A stretch of DNA of 64,000 nucleotides from Puccinia triticina. Lineage: Eukaryota. The stretch lies in assembly GCA_026914245.1 (NCBI GenBank), contig CP110439.1, forward strand, positions 7,502,001 to 7,566,000, given 5' to 3'. The notes under the pieces were generated by a model. It saw only the letters and a list, made by a program, of their open reading frames with translations. It searched no databases and had not been told where the DNA came from. The position numbers were made by a program, and so were the translations under genes. Below are positions 23,961-37,783 of the stretch, one piece after another; the stretch's first letter is position 1; each line of letters starts with the position of its first letter.

Positions 23961-24590
23961 GCCAAAAGACAACAAAACAAAGCAAAGATGAGAGAGAGAG
24001 ACAGAGAGAAGACTACAACACACAACAAAGCACAACCAATTATGTAAATATTCACAACAAACAACAGTCTTTTTGTAATCTGGACACACTAACACATACA
24101 AAGAAAAACACGCATGTGAGTGCCAAAAAAGAACAACAGGGAAGAAGGGATCCAAGTCCACCATGATCGATAAACAACAACGAGCGTCCTCTAGAGTCGT
24201 AGTAGCTTCAAGAGAGAGAGAGAGAGATAAGAACTGTGGATGGAAGAGTGGGTTGTTGTCTTTGAGGAGAGACAAGAGCGAGGGGAGTGGGAGTGGGAGA
24301 TCGGATGTTGGAGGAAGCGGGGAATGGGATAAGTGGAGAGAGAAAGTAAGATATTTGGACTGGTTTGTTTTGATTTATGTTTACATACACCTGTGAATTG
24401 TGAATATCTTTGTTAGTTTCAACTGCCTTTTGAGCTGTTGTTGTTATAGAAATATACAGCTATATATAGAAGAAGAGAGTCGACCGTTTGGAAAGAAGTG
24501 ATAAATCAAAAATATATATAGATAGATAGATAGGAAACGGGAAGGAGTTTTGTATGTCAATGAGTTTTGGAGCGTGCACATGCGGGGTTT

Positions 24591-26929
24591 TTAAAGTTCC
24601 ATTCCGATCACTTCGTCGCCCTCGACTCTTTCGCGTTCTCTTTCGGTAGAAGGAGACCATCCATCATCGTCGTCGTCTTCTTCCTCGGTAGTGGACTCGT
24701 CCTCGACGGGCAGCTTGTCGCCATTATGCGCGGAGGCAGCGGGTTGGCCGGCGGGCGCAGGGGCCGTGGGAGGGAACGGTTCGTCGTCGACGAGGTCGGA
24801 GTGATGGAAGTGGCGACGGCCTTCGAAGCGGAGCTGGCTGTCCTGGTAGGGCGTCGTGGGCTTGAAGATCGACTCGGAGGCGTGGTAGACGAACTGGTTG
24901 GCTTGGTGGTGGGTGTCCAGAGCAGGCTGGTAGGCGACCATCGCCGGGAGAGAGGCCACCAGCCGGCTCTTCGGGCCCGAGCTCGACAGGGCCAGGCGTT
25001 CCAGGGAGCCCAGGTTGGAGACCACGCTCGAGACCGATTGCGGGTTGCGCCGCTCGAAATAGCCGATCGGTGGCGGCCCAGAAACCGACGAGGAGATGCT
25101 ACTGCTCCGCACACTCCCTCCGCGCCCCTCGATCCGCGGCTTGGCCCGGCCGACATTCGAGCACGAGCTCTCCTCGCCATCCAGCGACATCGAAAACATG
25201 ATCTCATCTTCCCCCTCTTCCCCAGCCGCCTCCGAGCCAGGTTCGTCTTCGGCAGATCCTTGCATCCCTGCATCTTCGTTCATCTCCACATCCGTACTTT
25301 CCCGCGTCTGGCGCAAGGGAACACATGAGGTTGACGAGGAGCGGTAATGGTGGTGGGGATGGCTGAGCGCACGAGCCGCTTGGCGCGAATAAATCACTTC
25401 CAGGTTGACTTGGTCCGAGCCCAGGAGACCAGCCTCAGACGAGGAAACCGCTGCAGGCCACAACGACCTTGACTCGGGTAAGCTTCCAGATGGTGCCGCT
25501 AAAATCGCAGCCGCCTAGACATCATGTTGAATATCCGGGTGGATAAATAGCAAGTCAAAAACATGATTCCTTGGGATGTGACGACCAATCCAGTTTCTTA
25601 TTCTAGATTCAATGTGTCTATGCGCAAGAGCGACATTTTTTGGAGTACAGAATAACCGAAGCGAAAAAAATGGACTGAAAACTGACCTCTAACATTTGCA
25701 CTTGCTGATGTTTGCTCAACATTAGCTTTGAGGCATCTGCCCAGTACTTTTTTTTTTTTTCGTCAAAGGGGGAAAAAAAGTACAAAACAAGATTTTTTTT
25801 TTATTGAGAATCAGCATCCTAAGTTACATTTTGTTGTACTCCATCAAGTCAATCAATGAGCGATGGTCTGCTAGATCAACAAACAACACGAGAGAGTTGC
25901 GCATTTTGCGTTAGAAGAACGTAGATAGGGATAGTTACCTCGGTGTGTTCCCAGCGATGCTTCACTAAGCACTGGGGGTGTCTGTAAACCTGTCGACGAC
26001 GATCATCGGAAGAGGGAAAGATGGCGAAGTGGTGGACGGGCAGTGGTGCGTTTGAGTGAGATACATATCGTTGTCGGATTGGGTACGTAGCGAAATGAAA
26101 GAACACAGGAAAGTCAGCTTGGGTGTGATTAGGGAAACTGACTAATGTCTACGTAATCAATTGTGTGTATTCAAATGCAATCGGCCAAAAGGAGAGATAG
26201 ATATGTAAGGTCGAAGATCATCTAGCTCATCAGTTCCACCCGGACTGGATGCATGTGGGACGGGGTAGGTGACATGTGAACAGGTCTGGATTGGCAGCGA
26301 CCGCCGCAAATCGCTGACGGCAAGGCCAGATCAGGAGACACACAGAAGAGGGGGGGCTGGCTGACCTTGAGACACTTCTCACACTTGAACAGCTGGTTCG
26401 TCTTCGCTGGCTCACGCCTGTTGCTGTTGGTTGTGGTGTTGCTGCTGGCGGCGACGGCGGCTGGGAGATTGCTGGTGGTGGGCGTGGGGGCTGGATGGTA
26501 GCTGCTGGAGAGTGCGACGGCCTGGGTGTGTCGATGGTGGATGCGCTGCTGGTGGTGGTTCCAGAGCGGGGACTGGGAGAGGTTCCGGGGATGGGTGAGA
26601 TGGTGGTAGCTGAGATGGTGGGGGTGGAGGGACGAGGAGGAGGTGGAGGTGGAGGAGGAGGATGGGGAGGGGGGGGAGGCGGGCCGGAGCTTGTGGTGGT
26701 GTCTGTTGGTGGACTGGTTCGGCGGGGAGCCGAGGCTGTTGGAGAGGGAGGAGTGGCGGGAGCTGCGTTCGAAGCGTCTGCTTTCGGCGACTGCAGCCTC
26801 GGCACTGGTGCTGAGCAGGAGGAGCGAGGCTGGCTTGGCTGCTGGGGACGACGAGATGAGCTGGAGCCGGTCAGGGTTGGGGTCGATGTGGCGACGGTCG
26901 GTGGTGATGGTCCTGGTCGAGCTCAGCAT
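24591..26929 (-). CDS. C2H2 zinc-finger protein (probable transcription factor), multi-exon
   Basis: Spliced FKCEKCLK|VYRHPQCLVKHRWEHT, followed by SKHQQVQMLE|AAAILA, a conserved fungal single-finger family motif. S/H-rich N-terminus and acidic C-terminus. Confidence 0.85.
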
Positions 26930-27418
26930 GGCTGGTTCTGATGGGCGGAGGGGCAGGCTGGGAAGCGGGTTGGGTGGCTGGCAGCTGATAAAGAAATAAT
27001 ATGTTAGGTAAGCGAGTGCTGTGAATAATTTCAGCAGTACTCTTGGCCGGAGTGGTACATACCGCTCGAGTGCTGTGGTGGAGGGTCGGAGTGGTGGGCC
27101 GGGGTGGAGCTGGCTTATGTCATCTCTACCCACCCTGACCCACCTGATCCGGCCATCCCAGCTGAGCAACTCGAGCGGAGTTGGAACATACCAGTCCGGC
27201 TGACGTCAGCTGACTTCACATGTATACACTCGCCACATACCACAAGTAAGGCACACAAGCCAATTGATCAACATGAGTTCAAACAAGCCAACCTCAATCA
27301 CATATGCACACAGAAAATGGCTTCAGGGCAGTGTCGGAAACTGTGGAGAAGCTACGTATGCATATTCACAAAAAGGGGAACCCTACATACAGCTTCTCTT
27401 GAGGAGAATTCACAAATA

Positions 27419-28097
27419 CAGCATGGGTGATCTGCTGCACTGCGCTACCAAAAGCGCACGCTGTAGCGCAGCGCACCTACGCTACAGCGTTAGGATGAGC
27501 GGAAGCGCTGGCGGCCTGGCGCTGCGCTAGATGCGCTACTGTGTAGCAAAGAAGGCACCTTATTCTAAATATATTTGGCAGTGGAAATCCCCGATCGATA
27601 GTGGAAATCCCTGACTGACAGCGGAATTGTCTGACTGACAGCGGGAATCCCTGACTGATAGCGGGAATCCCGCTACTGGGCTAGTTAATAGCAGCAAACA
27701 CGCTGCTGCGCTATTTTATAGCGCAAGTCTGCAAAATCACTATCCAGTGGACTCAGACAGCGAGTATCTTTGATTGTCACTTGTCTTTTCTCGTATTACT
27801 TATCTGGCCCTTGTCCCCCTAAAAAAAAACCAATCAATAGTGGCAGCTTTCAATAATACAGCGCCAATATCACACTATTTAGCAGCTATTATAGCGCGCA
27901 CACGCTGCGCTACCGCTATTTTGTGGCGATTTTGCGCTACTTTTGCGCTAGAGCAGTGCACTATATTTTTGAGAAAATCCACCACCAATCCCCTTAGCTG
28001 AAGCGCAGCGGCTTTGACACTATAAATTAGCGCAGCACAGCGCACCCAAGCCCCACTGCGCTGCTCTTTTTGCAGCTGCAGCGCTTCACCCTTGTTG
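27419..28097. mobile_element. Degenerate MITE with GCGCTAC/GTAGCG subterminal repeats
   Basis: Ends CAGCATGGGTGA / TCACCCTTGTTG. Internal 20-bp tandem repeat at ~27580-27670. TSD not recognisable. Confidence 0.6.
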
Positions 28098-28659
28098 GCA
28101 CCCACTTCTTCATGATGAAAAATTAATCAGACAAAGATGTTTTGGCTGAAAGTATGTAATTTTTTCCATAGAAAGCTTGAAGATTGTGTTTTTTTTTTTT
28201 CAAACATGCTGACATGAATAGACTCAAAAATTTGTTGGATGCTCACCTGAATTTCAAATTATTCTCAGAGAAGGATCAAAGTCCAGATTACACAAATACA
28301 AACCACATGGTATCAACTCAAGTCCAATAAAGCCAGTACTTGAATGGGTCAACAGCATCATTGTCACAGAGAACATCTCAAGGAAAAAGAAAAAAAAAAA
28401 AACAGGGCATCTTTCCTCCAACACTTGGTAGTTAATTACACTACCTCACGTGGTTGACAGTAGCAAATTTATACTTGCTGGCCCACCAAATCATCTCTTC
28501 TTCCAGAAAGTTTTTTTTGATGCCCAGTATTATGCATATACCATCAGACAATATCAGTTTTTGTTTTACTTTTAAGATCTAAAGATTGCTACTGCTAGCA
28601 GATAGGGTGGTGCCTTGGAAATTTTGGCACATGATGCATTGCAACCAAAGCCCCATTCA

Positions 28660-28960
28660 GAGAATTCACATTTGTTGGGGTAAGTTGATGATTTCAAGGA
28701 ACTTAAACCGGCTGGCAATCACCTTGGTTTGGGCTAACCCTGGGTCAACAAACCTCAGGCTTGATTTCAGGTTTAGGCTAACTAAATTTAGCTAGCCTAA
28801 ACCTGAAATTTAGTCTCAGGCTAGGGCATTTCCAATGTCAGTTAGCCTGAAACTCAGCCAGCAAACGTGCTTGCCCACTTAAGATAGCCTCAGTCAGCTA
28901 ACCCGCCCGAAATCCCAGGCTTACTTGACCCAAGAATTTAGCAAACAAATGTGAATGCTC
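28660..28960. mobile_element. Tourist/PIF-like MITE
   Basis: TIR GAGAATTCACATTTGTT / AACAAATGTGAATGCTC, flanks TCA/TTA. A partial relative starts at 55899. Confidence 0.75.
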
Positions 28961-29738
28961 TTAAGGGGACTTTTGCTGCTCATCATGAGTTTAGATGTGT
29001 TTTAAAGTCACTTCTAAGTTAACTTCTGCATGATGCAATAGTGTGTTACATTTTGCATTTATGGTATTCAAGATTGCATATGTCACTGTTTACATAAAAT
29101 CATAAAGCCAATTTTGGCTGGGAGATGTCAGAATGCATAAAACTTTAAAGTGACATCTCCCAGCTAAAATTGCAGTTTATGATTTTATGTAAAAACATCT
29201 TATGCAATTTTGAATACCATAATTTTACGGGGCTAAAACACCCATCATTACATTACAGGCTGAGAGAAAAACAGCCCACTACAGACAATGGTCATGTAAC
29301 AGGGAAGCAACCAAGTCCACTACATCCACACCAGGCAAATTGTGGTCATGTTATCAGGTTACCTCAAAGACAAATATGACACCAAATCTGCAGTCACTTT
29401 GCTTTTGCCTGCCAAATGGAACTCATGTTTTTTGCTCCGGACATCATCACCTTGCACTGCAAGAAAAACTCTAGAAACTGCGTGCAGTTGAGATGCAAGA
29501 GCTCAAGGCAAGCTGTGCCTCACGCAAGAATCAAGAACTGGTTGATTCCATGCACATTGTCTAATTTATGCAAGAGTGACTCTAAGGTACAAAAAACTAA
29601 GTACAGGAGTTGATACCTGTGCAAATTCCCCTTTGACATGCACATAACCCTTTCATGTGCATATATCCCTTTTGTATGCATTCACCCCTTTCATAATGCT
29701 TACATAGCCCTTTATGTGCACATACCCCTTTCATGTAT

Positions 29739-30382
29739 TAAGGATCGCCAAGTGATACCCGTTTGGTGGTACCCGGCACCCGCGGCGGGTACCCGCGGCC
29801 TTACGGCGGGTACCCGCCCGCGGGTGCGGGTGTTGGAATTTGGCGAAAAAAACCCCAGGTACCCGGGTACCCGTGGTCAACACCCGCCACTGTATTTTGG
29901 ATCAAGTTGCCGCAGCACCTCTTGAGGCCGTCAATGACCAGTCAGTGCTGGTCTGCAAGAGGGCTACACAGCCCCCTCGATGAACGGCACACACCGGTCA
30001 TTGAGAAGGCACACCTCCCTCTTGATTACCAGCACACATTGGTCATCAAGAAGGCGCACAACCCTGTCGATGCCAGTCATCAAGAGGGTCTCACTCAGCC
30101 CTCTTGATGACCGGCACACACCAGTCATCAAGAAGGCACCCTCCCTCTCAATGACCGGCCCACACCGGTCATCAAGAAGGCACACCTCCCTCTTGATGAC
30201 CGGCACACATCAGTCATGAAGAAGGCACATTTCTTCCCTGCAAGTACCCGCGGTACCCGCGAAAAACACCCGGGGTACCCGCCCGCGGGTGCCGGGTGGG
30301 ATCGCGGGTGTCCAGATTTGCTAAAAAACAGTGGCGGTACCTGCACCCGCCGCGGGTACCCGGGTTCACTTGGCGATCCTTA
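29739..30382. mobile_element. hAT-type MITE carrying the hairpin array
   Basis: TIR TAAGGATCGCCAAGTG, perfect 8-bp TSD TCATGTAT (29731-38, 30383-90), GGGTACCC subterminal repeats. Confidence 0.92.
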
Positions 30383-31002
30383 TCATGTATGTATATCCCT
30401 TTAATGTGCATGTATCCCTTTCACAATGTGTACCACACCTCAATGACTGTTCTCAATGACCGTCTCAATTTCTCATTTGAGATGGTCATCAAGTTGTATG
30501 CGTTGATGAACGGTTGGCTCTGGTCATCAAGGTACCTATGTACCTCAATGACCAGCCAGCTGGCCGGTCATCAAGGTGTATGCATATGTTGATGACTGTT
30601 CAGATGGTCATTGAGGTATACACCCCGGACGCAAAACTTCAAAGGAGCTCCGGGTTGACTCCGGAGATCCTTTGAAGTTCCCACCTGCAAGGCGGGGACG
30701 TCTTGGTTGGGTCAAACCGGCCTTTCGAAGGGACTCCAAAGTCAAATCCCAGAGTCCTTCGAACCCGCTTTGGAGTTAACTCAAAGTGGATATCCCCTTT
30801 GAGTTCTCTCCAAACTGGACTCCGGAGGACAGTTGGAAAAATCCGGAGGAATCTCAAAGGACATTTGAAGTCAAATGACTTCAAATGTCCTTTGAGTGCC
30901 AAATTCAAATAATATTTGAAAAAATATTGGATATTATTCAAATATTATTTGAGCTGGGTCCCACCTGGGCCTGCTTGTTTTTTCAAATGCTCCTCTGCCC
31001 GG

Positions 31003-31954
31003 TGTGGTGGCCCCTCTTGTGGCCAGCTAGTCAGGGAAATCGCCGCCGCCAGCAAGATCTTCAGGAATCAAGCTTTACCTTTGCTCTTCAATCCTCAAGA
31101 ACTCCCCTCCTAAAATCCCCCCCCCCCCCCCAAGGCGTCAAGATTCTCAAGATCCTCAGGAATTCACCCCCTTCCCATCTCTCCTCATCTTCCATCCCGC
31201 TCTTCCATACTTCCCCCCCCTCTCTTCTCTCTTTCCACTTCTCTTTCCAAAAATTTTCTTCCAGTCCCTTCCTCTCTCAGTTTTCCAGCTCTTTCTTCAG
31301 TTTCTTGGTCCTAACACAGCACCTGCTGTGGGTTTGCTCACTTGTTTGTTTCTGGTCCTCTTCTTTCTGTTTGTTTTTTATATCTTTTCTTTTCTTTCTT
31401 CCTTTCCTCTCTGTGGCTCTTTTCTTTCTGTCTCCTCATGCTGTGTTTTCTTTTAGTTTCTTTTGTGTTGTTTCTTTTCTCTGTTTCTTTTTGTTTGTTC
31501 CTTCTGCTGTTCTGTGTGTGCGCGCGTAGCGCGCGGAGGATGTGATGAAATGTATGTGACATGTCACCCGGAGTCCAAGTCCAGCTTGAACTTGGATGAT
31601 GGGTGGCCATGGCATTCTGATCCCCAGAAGACGGACCATCAAGAGTATATAGATCAGATCTTCAGAGTTCAAACTTTTGGGCTCCGCCCGCCGATCATCC
31701 AGCATCCAAAATTCCAGATTTCCTTTCCTTCCCTTCTTTAAGATCAACTCTCATCCCTTCAATAACAAAACAACCGCCACCAAGGATCCAAAACCCCGGC
31801 GAACCTCTCAAAACCACCAAAACCCAACAGCTATCCCAGATCCCCCCCCATTTTTAGCGCTCATCACTACGGACCACCCAGCCACGAGGGCAGCCTAAAC
31901 AGCAAACATCCCCTCAACCGACTGCCACCGCCTAGCACAGACAGGAGTCCCTCA
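31003..31954 (+). mobile_element. Solo LTR, family A
   Basis: TGTGGTGGCC...GTCCCTCA with TSD CCGG (30999-31002, 31955-58). Confidence 0.9.
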
Positions 31955-32222
31955 CCGGCCCAGCCCCCGTATTGGGAAGCCTCTGATGCAGCCTCATCTG
32001 GTGAATTTGGGTCCATTTCCTGCATTTCTCTCACCCAAAACAGCGTCAACATATAGAGGATTTCTGGTTCATCGTGTATTGCATGTGTCTACTAGATAGA
32101 GAGTTGGATATTCTACTAGGTTTGTGTATTGTAGTATCTTGGATATTTCGTGTATTGTAGGAATTTGTGCATATCGTCGCACAGCGAGAGAAGTGAGATG
32201 AAACATAGACAATAGAGACAGA

Positions 32223-33612
32223 TTGGGGGAAGTGGAGCAATCAAGAGATGAGAGGAAAGAAGCGGAAAAGAAGCTATTCTTCAAGGGCAACTTCCTCATT
32301 TGGTTCTTCCACCAAGGTGGCCGCGCGAGATTGAACCTCTTTGTGTGGAGGGACTTGCTAAGCAGCCTCTTCAACATCGTTAACGGTCTTCTCGCCGGTC
32401 CAGGTGGCTTGGTCTAGGTTGAAGATGAGCTGAGAATATGCCACTCCGTAGGCAGATGACTAACGCCTGAGTCTGGCAAGATCCTCATCAATGTCATCCC
32501 AGAACAATTTTTGCCCCTGGGGTGACTCGCTTGTCCAAGGGGATTTGACGATCTGCCTGCCGTCGGAAATCAGGATGAAACGCTGCATAGACATCCGCAA
32601 TTAGCTTATAAAGCCTGGGGAGCGGATTGGGGGGCCCTGCCCCGGTCAATCCAACTTGAATAAGTATCGCGAGGGCTGCTTTCTTGCTCTTGACTGTGTC
32701 GCAGAGGAGTCTTTCTAATGCATCGCCTTGGGCGATGTTGGGCGGCAAATGCGCCGCGCGGAAGGCTTCATCTTGACGATTCAGTTCAGCCTGTGGTGGG
32801 ATGGAATTGATAGATACCTCAATTGGTCTCTATCATTCAAGTTTGAGCTTTACATATATGAAACTTTACCTGGACCTGAGGGAACGGCGTGTCCGCCACG
32901 CGCAAGCGTCGAGAGGCTCGGCTGCCATATGATTGGAGGTCTTCGGCGAGTAGGACCGGACAGGATGTTTCTCGGACCCAAGTTCTGAAAGCCGAGCTGA
33001 ACTGTTGATCAGTGGGGGTTTGGGTTGCTGTGGGTTCGGCTGGAAGCTGGGCAGGAACCACTACTGGGTTGGGTGTAGGCTTGGGTGTGATGCAAGTCTG
33101 GAGGGCCAAGAGGAGAATGGCCATGTTCCGTGCTTCTGGGGACATCTGGAGAGTAGATGTGGTCGTAAGATATCACAATTGGGAATGTCAAGTGCCGCAC
33201 TTACCTCAAGCAAGGGCTGGGCCCGTTGAACCAGCTTGTTGCCGAGTTGCAGCGCTCTTGCGACCGATTGAAGAGTGTTTTGGAGTTCTTCATGTGACGA
33301 AGCTGCGGACTCGAGGGAGCTTGTTTGGGAAGACACGCTAGGCCTGGCGTTGGAGCCGGTTGGGCTCGGAGCCCATAGCTGGTGATTGTTGACTCCAGGC
33401 ACCGGAGAGATTGGATATGCCAAGGGTGGGGGGCCAATCCAAGAGTGTGCCGGAGTCATCATCTCGCCGGACTGGGATTGGGCAGGGTGAGGAGTCGATA
33501 AGCTGTAGTTGGTTGGATTGACTCCTGGGTGGCCGGTTATAGGGTTGTTACCCATGTAGTGGAGTGTTTCTTGGCCATGGGGGGGATGAGGTTGTAATCC
33601 GGGCTGATTCAT
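32223..33612 (-). CDS. Transposon accessory protein (multi-exon, possibly degenerate; 3' end approximate)
   Basis: ORFs 33061-33612, 32837-33145 and 32494-32748 with GT-AG introns. PVLLAEDLQSYGS and PLPRLYKLIADV resemble the 7862-12771 gene. Confidence 0.6.
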
Positions 33613-34979
33613 ACCTCTGAGACCGGTAGGGGTGTTTGAATGGCTGCATGGGAGGCTGGGAACTTGCGGAGGCCGGCATTGTGCTGCTCAGCAAGAAGGT
33701 TTTGATCAACCTTGTCCCTTTATTTGAAGCCGACCGGCCTCAGAAAATGGCTTTGAATGATTTTTGAAAATCATTCGAATATCCTTGGGTGGGGAACCCT
33801 GAGGATGGCACTCAAATATCCTCCGAATGCCCTTTGGAAGACATTTGGCGGAGCTGGTTTCTCCACCGAAGGCCTTTCAAAGGGCAATCAGAGTTGAGCT
33901 CCAAAGCGATGATCCGGTGAAACCCGCTGGTTGGGCGGGTTTTTGCCAGATAAATTCATACTTTCAAAAGTCATCCAAAGTTTTTCCCAAAAATTGGGAA
34001 AATCTTCGGATGACTTTCAAAAGCTACTCAAACGAGGGCACTTCGATGGTTTTTTGAATGTAGCCGCTCCCTTCAAAGGTCCCCCAAAGGAAAACTTTAA
34101 AAGTGCGTCCAGGGTGTACATACACCTTGATGACCAGCCGGCTCCGGTCATCAAGGGATACACCTCAATGACCATTCAATTGAGATGGTCATCAAGGTAT
34201 ACAGATGACCGGCCTGCTCCGGTCATCAAGGTTTATGCCTGAATGATTGGTTGGCTCTACCTCAATTACCAGCCAGCTGGCCGGTCATTGAGGTTTATGT
34301 GTACCTCAATGACCGTTCAGAAGGTCATTGAGGTACCTGTATACAACCTCAATGACCATACATCTGGCCGGTCATCAAGATGTATGTCTAGATGACCAAT
34401 TGGCTCCGGTCATCAAGGCACCTGTACACCTCAATGAACGGCCGGCTCCGGTCATTGAGGTGTATGCCTTGATGACCGGTCCGCCCCTAAGCACCCCGAA
34501 TGATATGCAGCTAGGGGGTCCGGGGGCCGCACGAGCTTTTGGGGGGCCGCGCGAGTTCCGCAGGAAAACCACTGGGTGTGGCTGCGGAGAAAACCACACC
34601 CATTTGCAGGTGGTGTGGTCTAAGAGCATCCACCCTTGTTGCGGTAACTCTTTAGGTAGCCACCGAGTCCGGCAAGGCTTGGTTGTTTACCTAAACGCAA
34701 AACTCACCCTCGCCACTTGGTATTGGCTCGATAGCCAACACAAATTTACATACCGAGCCCGCCACCACCCTTGTGCCATCTGGTCCTGTCGGTAACATAG
34801 CACCTTCCTCAAGAATGGATCCCGACCAACACCTTTTTCATTACATGTGGGACATAGAAGAAGAAGAAAGCATTTGACACCTCCTAGCACTCCGAGAATC
34901 TCAATCCATCCCCAGAAATCTCAGCCCCGAACCAAGAGAGATTGTCCTCTGTGATTGAATTGCAGGCAACAAGCAATTG

Positions 34980-36158
34980 ATGGCGGACTACTTTGTGGAG
35001 AACCCCGTTTGGAACAATCAAACGTTTGTGCGACAATTCCGGATGATTCACCGTTTGTTTGATTGGTTATGCGGCGATCTTCAGCATCATGATTGATTCT
35101 GGGTTTGCAAAGCGGTGAGTACTTTCTGAGACATTCAGTTTTGCAATACTTTGGTTGAAATGAATGTATCATTTGATTTGATCCATGACTCACAGGACTG
35201 CTGTGGCCAGATAGGCCTATCAACTCATCAGAAGATGACTGCAGCTCTCCGACAACTTGCTTATGGCACAAGTGCTGATATTCTGGACAAATACGTGCGA
35301 ATCGGGGAAACCACAGCCCTCCAAACACTCAAGTACTTCATCAAAAACATCATTGAGCTCTATGCAACAGAATATCTGCAACCTCCTAACCGTGACAAGT
35401 TGAAGGTTATCCTGAGTGAGAACAAAGCCCGGGGCTTTCCTGGCTGTATTGGAAGTATCAATGGCATGCATTGGGCATGGAAGAACTGCCCCTTGGGCTT
35501 TGCTGGCCAGTACACGGGAAAGGAGAAGAAACACACGATGGTCTTGGAAGCTGTTGCGAGCCAAAATCTGTGAATATGGCACGCTTTCTTTGGGACACCG
35601 GGTGCACTTAATGACATCAACGTCCTTCATCGGGGTCATCTATTCAATGGTTTGCTTGCCAGAGCCTCAGACACGATCAACTACACGATCAACGGCCATG
35701 ATTACCACCACGGCTACTATCTCTGCAACTCAATCTACCCGCCCTGGTCCACGCTAGTCTCCTCAATCAAGCACCCGCAGGATAGTGCTTCCAGGAACTT
35801 TGCCAAACTGCAGGAATCCACCCAAAAAGACATTGAGCAAACGTTTGGGGTCCTTCAGGCCCGTTAGCATGTTCTAACTGGGGGTTGCCGGTTATGGCAG
35901 AAGCATAATGTCATGGAGATGATGCTTTGCTGCATCATTCTTCACAACATGATTGTTGAGGAACAATTGCCGCTGGACCCCTTCCTTGACGAAACGGACA
36001 TCAAACTCATTGAAAATCATTGAGACCCCGCCTTAACTCATACCTGGGTGAACTATCTCCAGAACAAGCATGATCTACACAACCCGGAAACCCATGCACA
36101 GTTGTGCAAAGACCTGAAAGCCTACAATTTGTTGCTCCATGGCGACGAGAGGGACTAA
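34980..36158 (+). pseudogene. Harbinger DDE transposase, inactivated
   Basis: DCCGQIGLSTHQKMTAALRQLAYG, RGFPGCIGSINGMHWAWKNCP (catalytic D reads N), GYYL, KDIEQTFGVLQAR; in-frame stops. Confidence 0.92.
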
Positions 36159-36339
36159 GTAGCTCTCTCTCATTTATTCACAGTTCTCTCTCTCTCAATT
36201 ATTTTCATTATTTCTTGTTTGATTTATATAGTATGTATTGTACCATGTACCACATGAAAGCAATACAACCAAGATAAAACACAAGAGATAGATTGAGGGA
36301 TTGATTGATTGATCAAGTGAAGAAGATACAAGAAAGGAA

Positions 36340-37320
36340 TCAGGCCCGGGATCGCCATTTGCTCTTGATTTCTTGCTTCATGATCATGAGGACCTCTTTG
36401 GTATCTTCATCATTGATATCCTTGGATTCACGGAGCAACTTGTAGTCGTTCATCTGCGTTTCACTCCAACAAAACTCCTTTTTGATCATGACTTTTTCTT
36501 TTTCCAAAACCAGCTTTTCTTCTTCTATTTTAAACTTTTCCTTCTTTCTTAGCAATCAGTATCTCATTCCCCTTTTGAAAGGCTCCGAGGCGTTCTTGAG
36601 CAATCTTGGTGAGCTTGTTTGCTTGCGTGATGGCCTTGTTGTGTTTGTAACCTTTGATATGTTGTTGTTTAGCGGCCTTACCACCAATAGGCCGGTCAAT
36701 CAAGGTGGCTGAACGGGCACTTGGGGTAATCCCAGTGGAAGGAGATAAATCTGGCTCGATTGGGTCCGGCAAAGCGTTTGGGTGGAGTGGCGTGCTTGGC
36801 TGATCTGGTTGTTGGTCCGATCACCATTTCGGAGCAAATCGGAGTTTCTGCCAGGCCAAGAGGCAATTGAAGGCCACATTCTTGTTCTGAGCTTGATAAT
36901 TCTTCATTGCCTCTTGCAACCAATTGTCGGGGCTTGACCCACTCGGAGGATTGCGCTCAATAGCATTGTAGATCACCGAGAATTTCAGGGTTGCTGTATT
37001 CATCGCACTCCATCTGGCAGGATGGAATCAGTAATTATGTAGATCATGGGCAGAATAGGAATTGAAATGCTTACCAAGTTTTTATTTGAGCATGATCCTG
37101 AAAGTGTACCTTGGAGTGGGTGTTGAAGTCACTCTTGATCTTGCAAAAAAAGGTCTCACCCGACTGATTGTTGGCAAACCCGGGTTGTTTGCTGACGTTG
37201 ATCCAAGAGATGGCGAGCTGCTCTTCCTCACGAGGGAGCCAGTTTGGTCCTCTCTTTTTCTTGGGTGTCGGATCAGTAGTGCTGTTATCTGGGGGGGGAG
37301 GGGGGGGGGGAGTCGGCCAT
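36340..37320 (-). pseudogene. Harbinger Myb/SANT-like DNA-binding (NAM-associated) gene, frameshifted
   Basis: RGPNWLPREEEQLAISW, NPPSGSS, WQKLRFAPKW, RPIGGKAAK motifs spread over different frames. Confidence 0.85.
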
Positions 37321-37783
37321 GGCGTGTTTGTAGGACTTGATGATTTTAGCAAGTGTGGTCGGCAGGCTTGTTAAAGACGTCTTACGGAGGCTCTTTAGTG
37401 GTGGGTAAATCTAGCAAGGCTTAGATATTTGACTAAAGATTCATTTGTTAAAGAGCCCTAAAGAGGGCTCGGGGGTGGAAATTGGGCTACGTACTCTGTA
37501 AATCTGCCTTACTGAGCGGGTTTTATCTGAGAGCATCTGCATTCGGCACTAAGTTAGCCCGGATTAGGGCACTTAGTCCACCCCCGCATCCGCATCGGCT
37601 CGGATTAACTCGGGATCAACTTGACCCGGAGCTCCGTTTGGAGCTAGTGGGGTCTAGATGTAGACCCCACTAATCCTAGGACTAGACTGAAAATGAATAT
37701 GCAGCATGGCCTGGATTATCTCGGATTAAGGCACATATCCCCCTCCACATGTGTATATCCCAAAGTCAACCATATCCAACACA

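Larger units (their letters stand above)
30621..34116. mobile_element. Non-autonomous CMC/CACTA-like element (CACCC termini) carrying an accessory gene
   Basis: TIR CACCCCGGACGCA / TGCGTCCAGGGTG with 2-bp TA TSD; CTTTGAAG-type subterminal repeats; inserted into a hairpin array; no transposase. Confidence 0.85.

Noticed and set aside
23891..24166. Poly-Q protein
   Set aside because: Translation of a CAA microsatellite in probable UTR or intergenic DNA.
24567..25328. 253-aa plus-strand ORF
   Set aside because: Antisense shadow of the GC-rich last exon of the zinc-finger gene.
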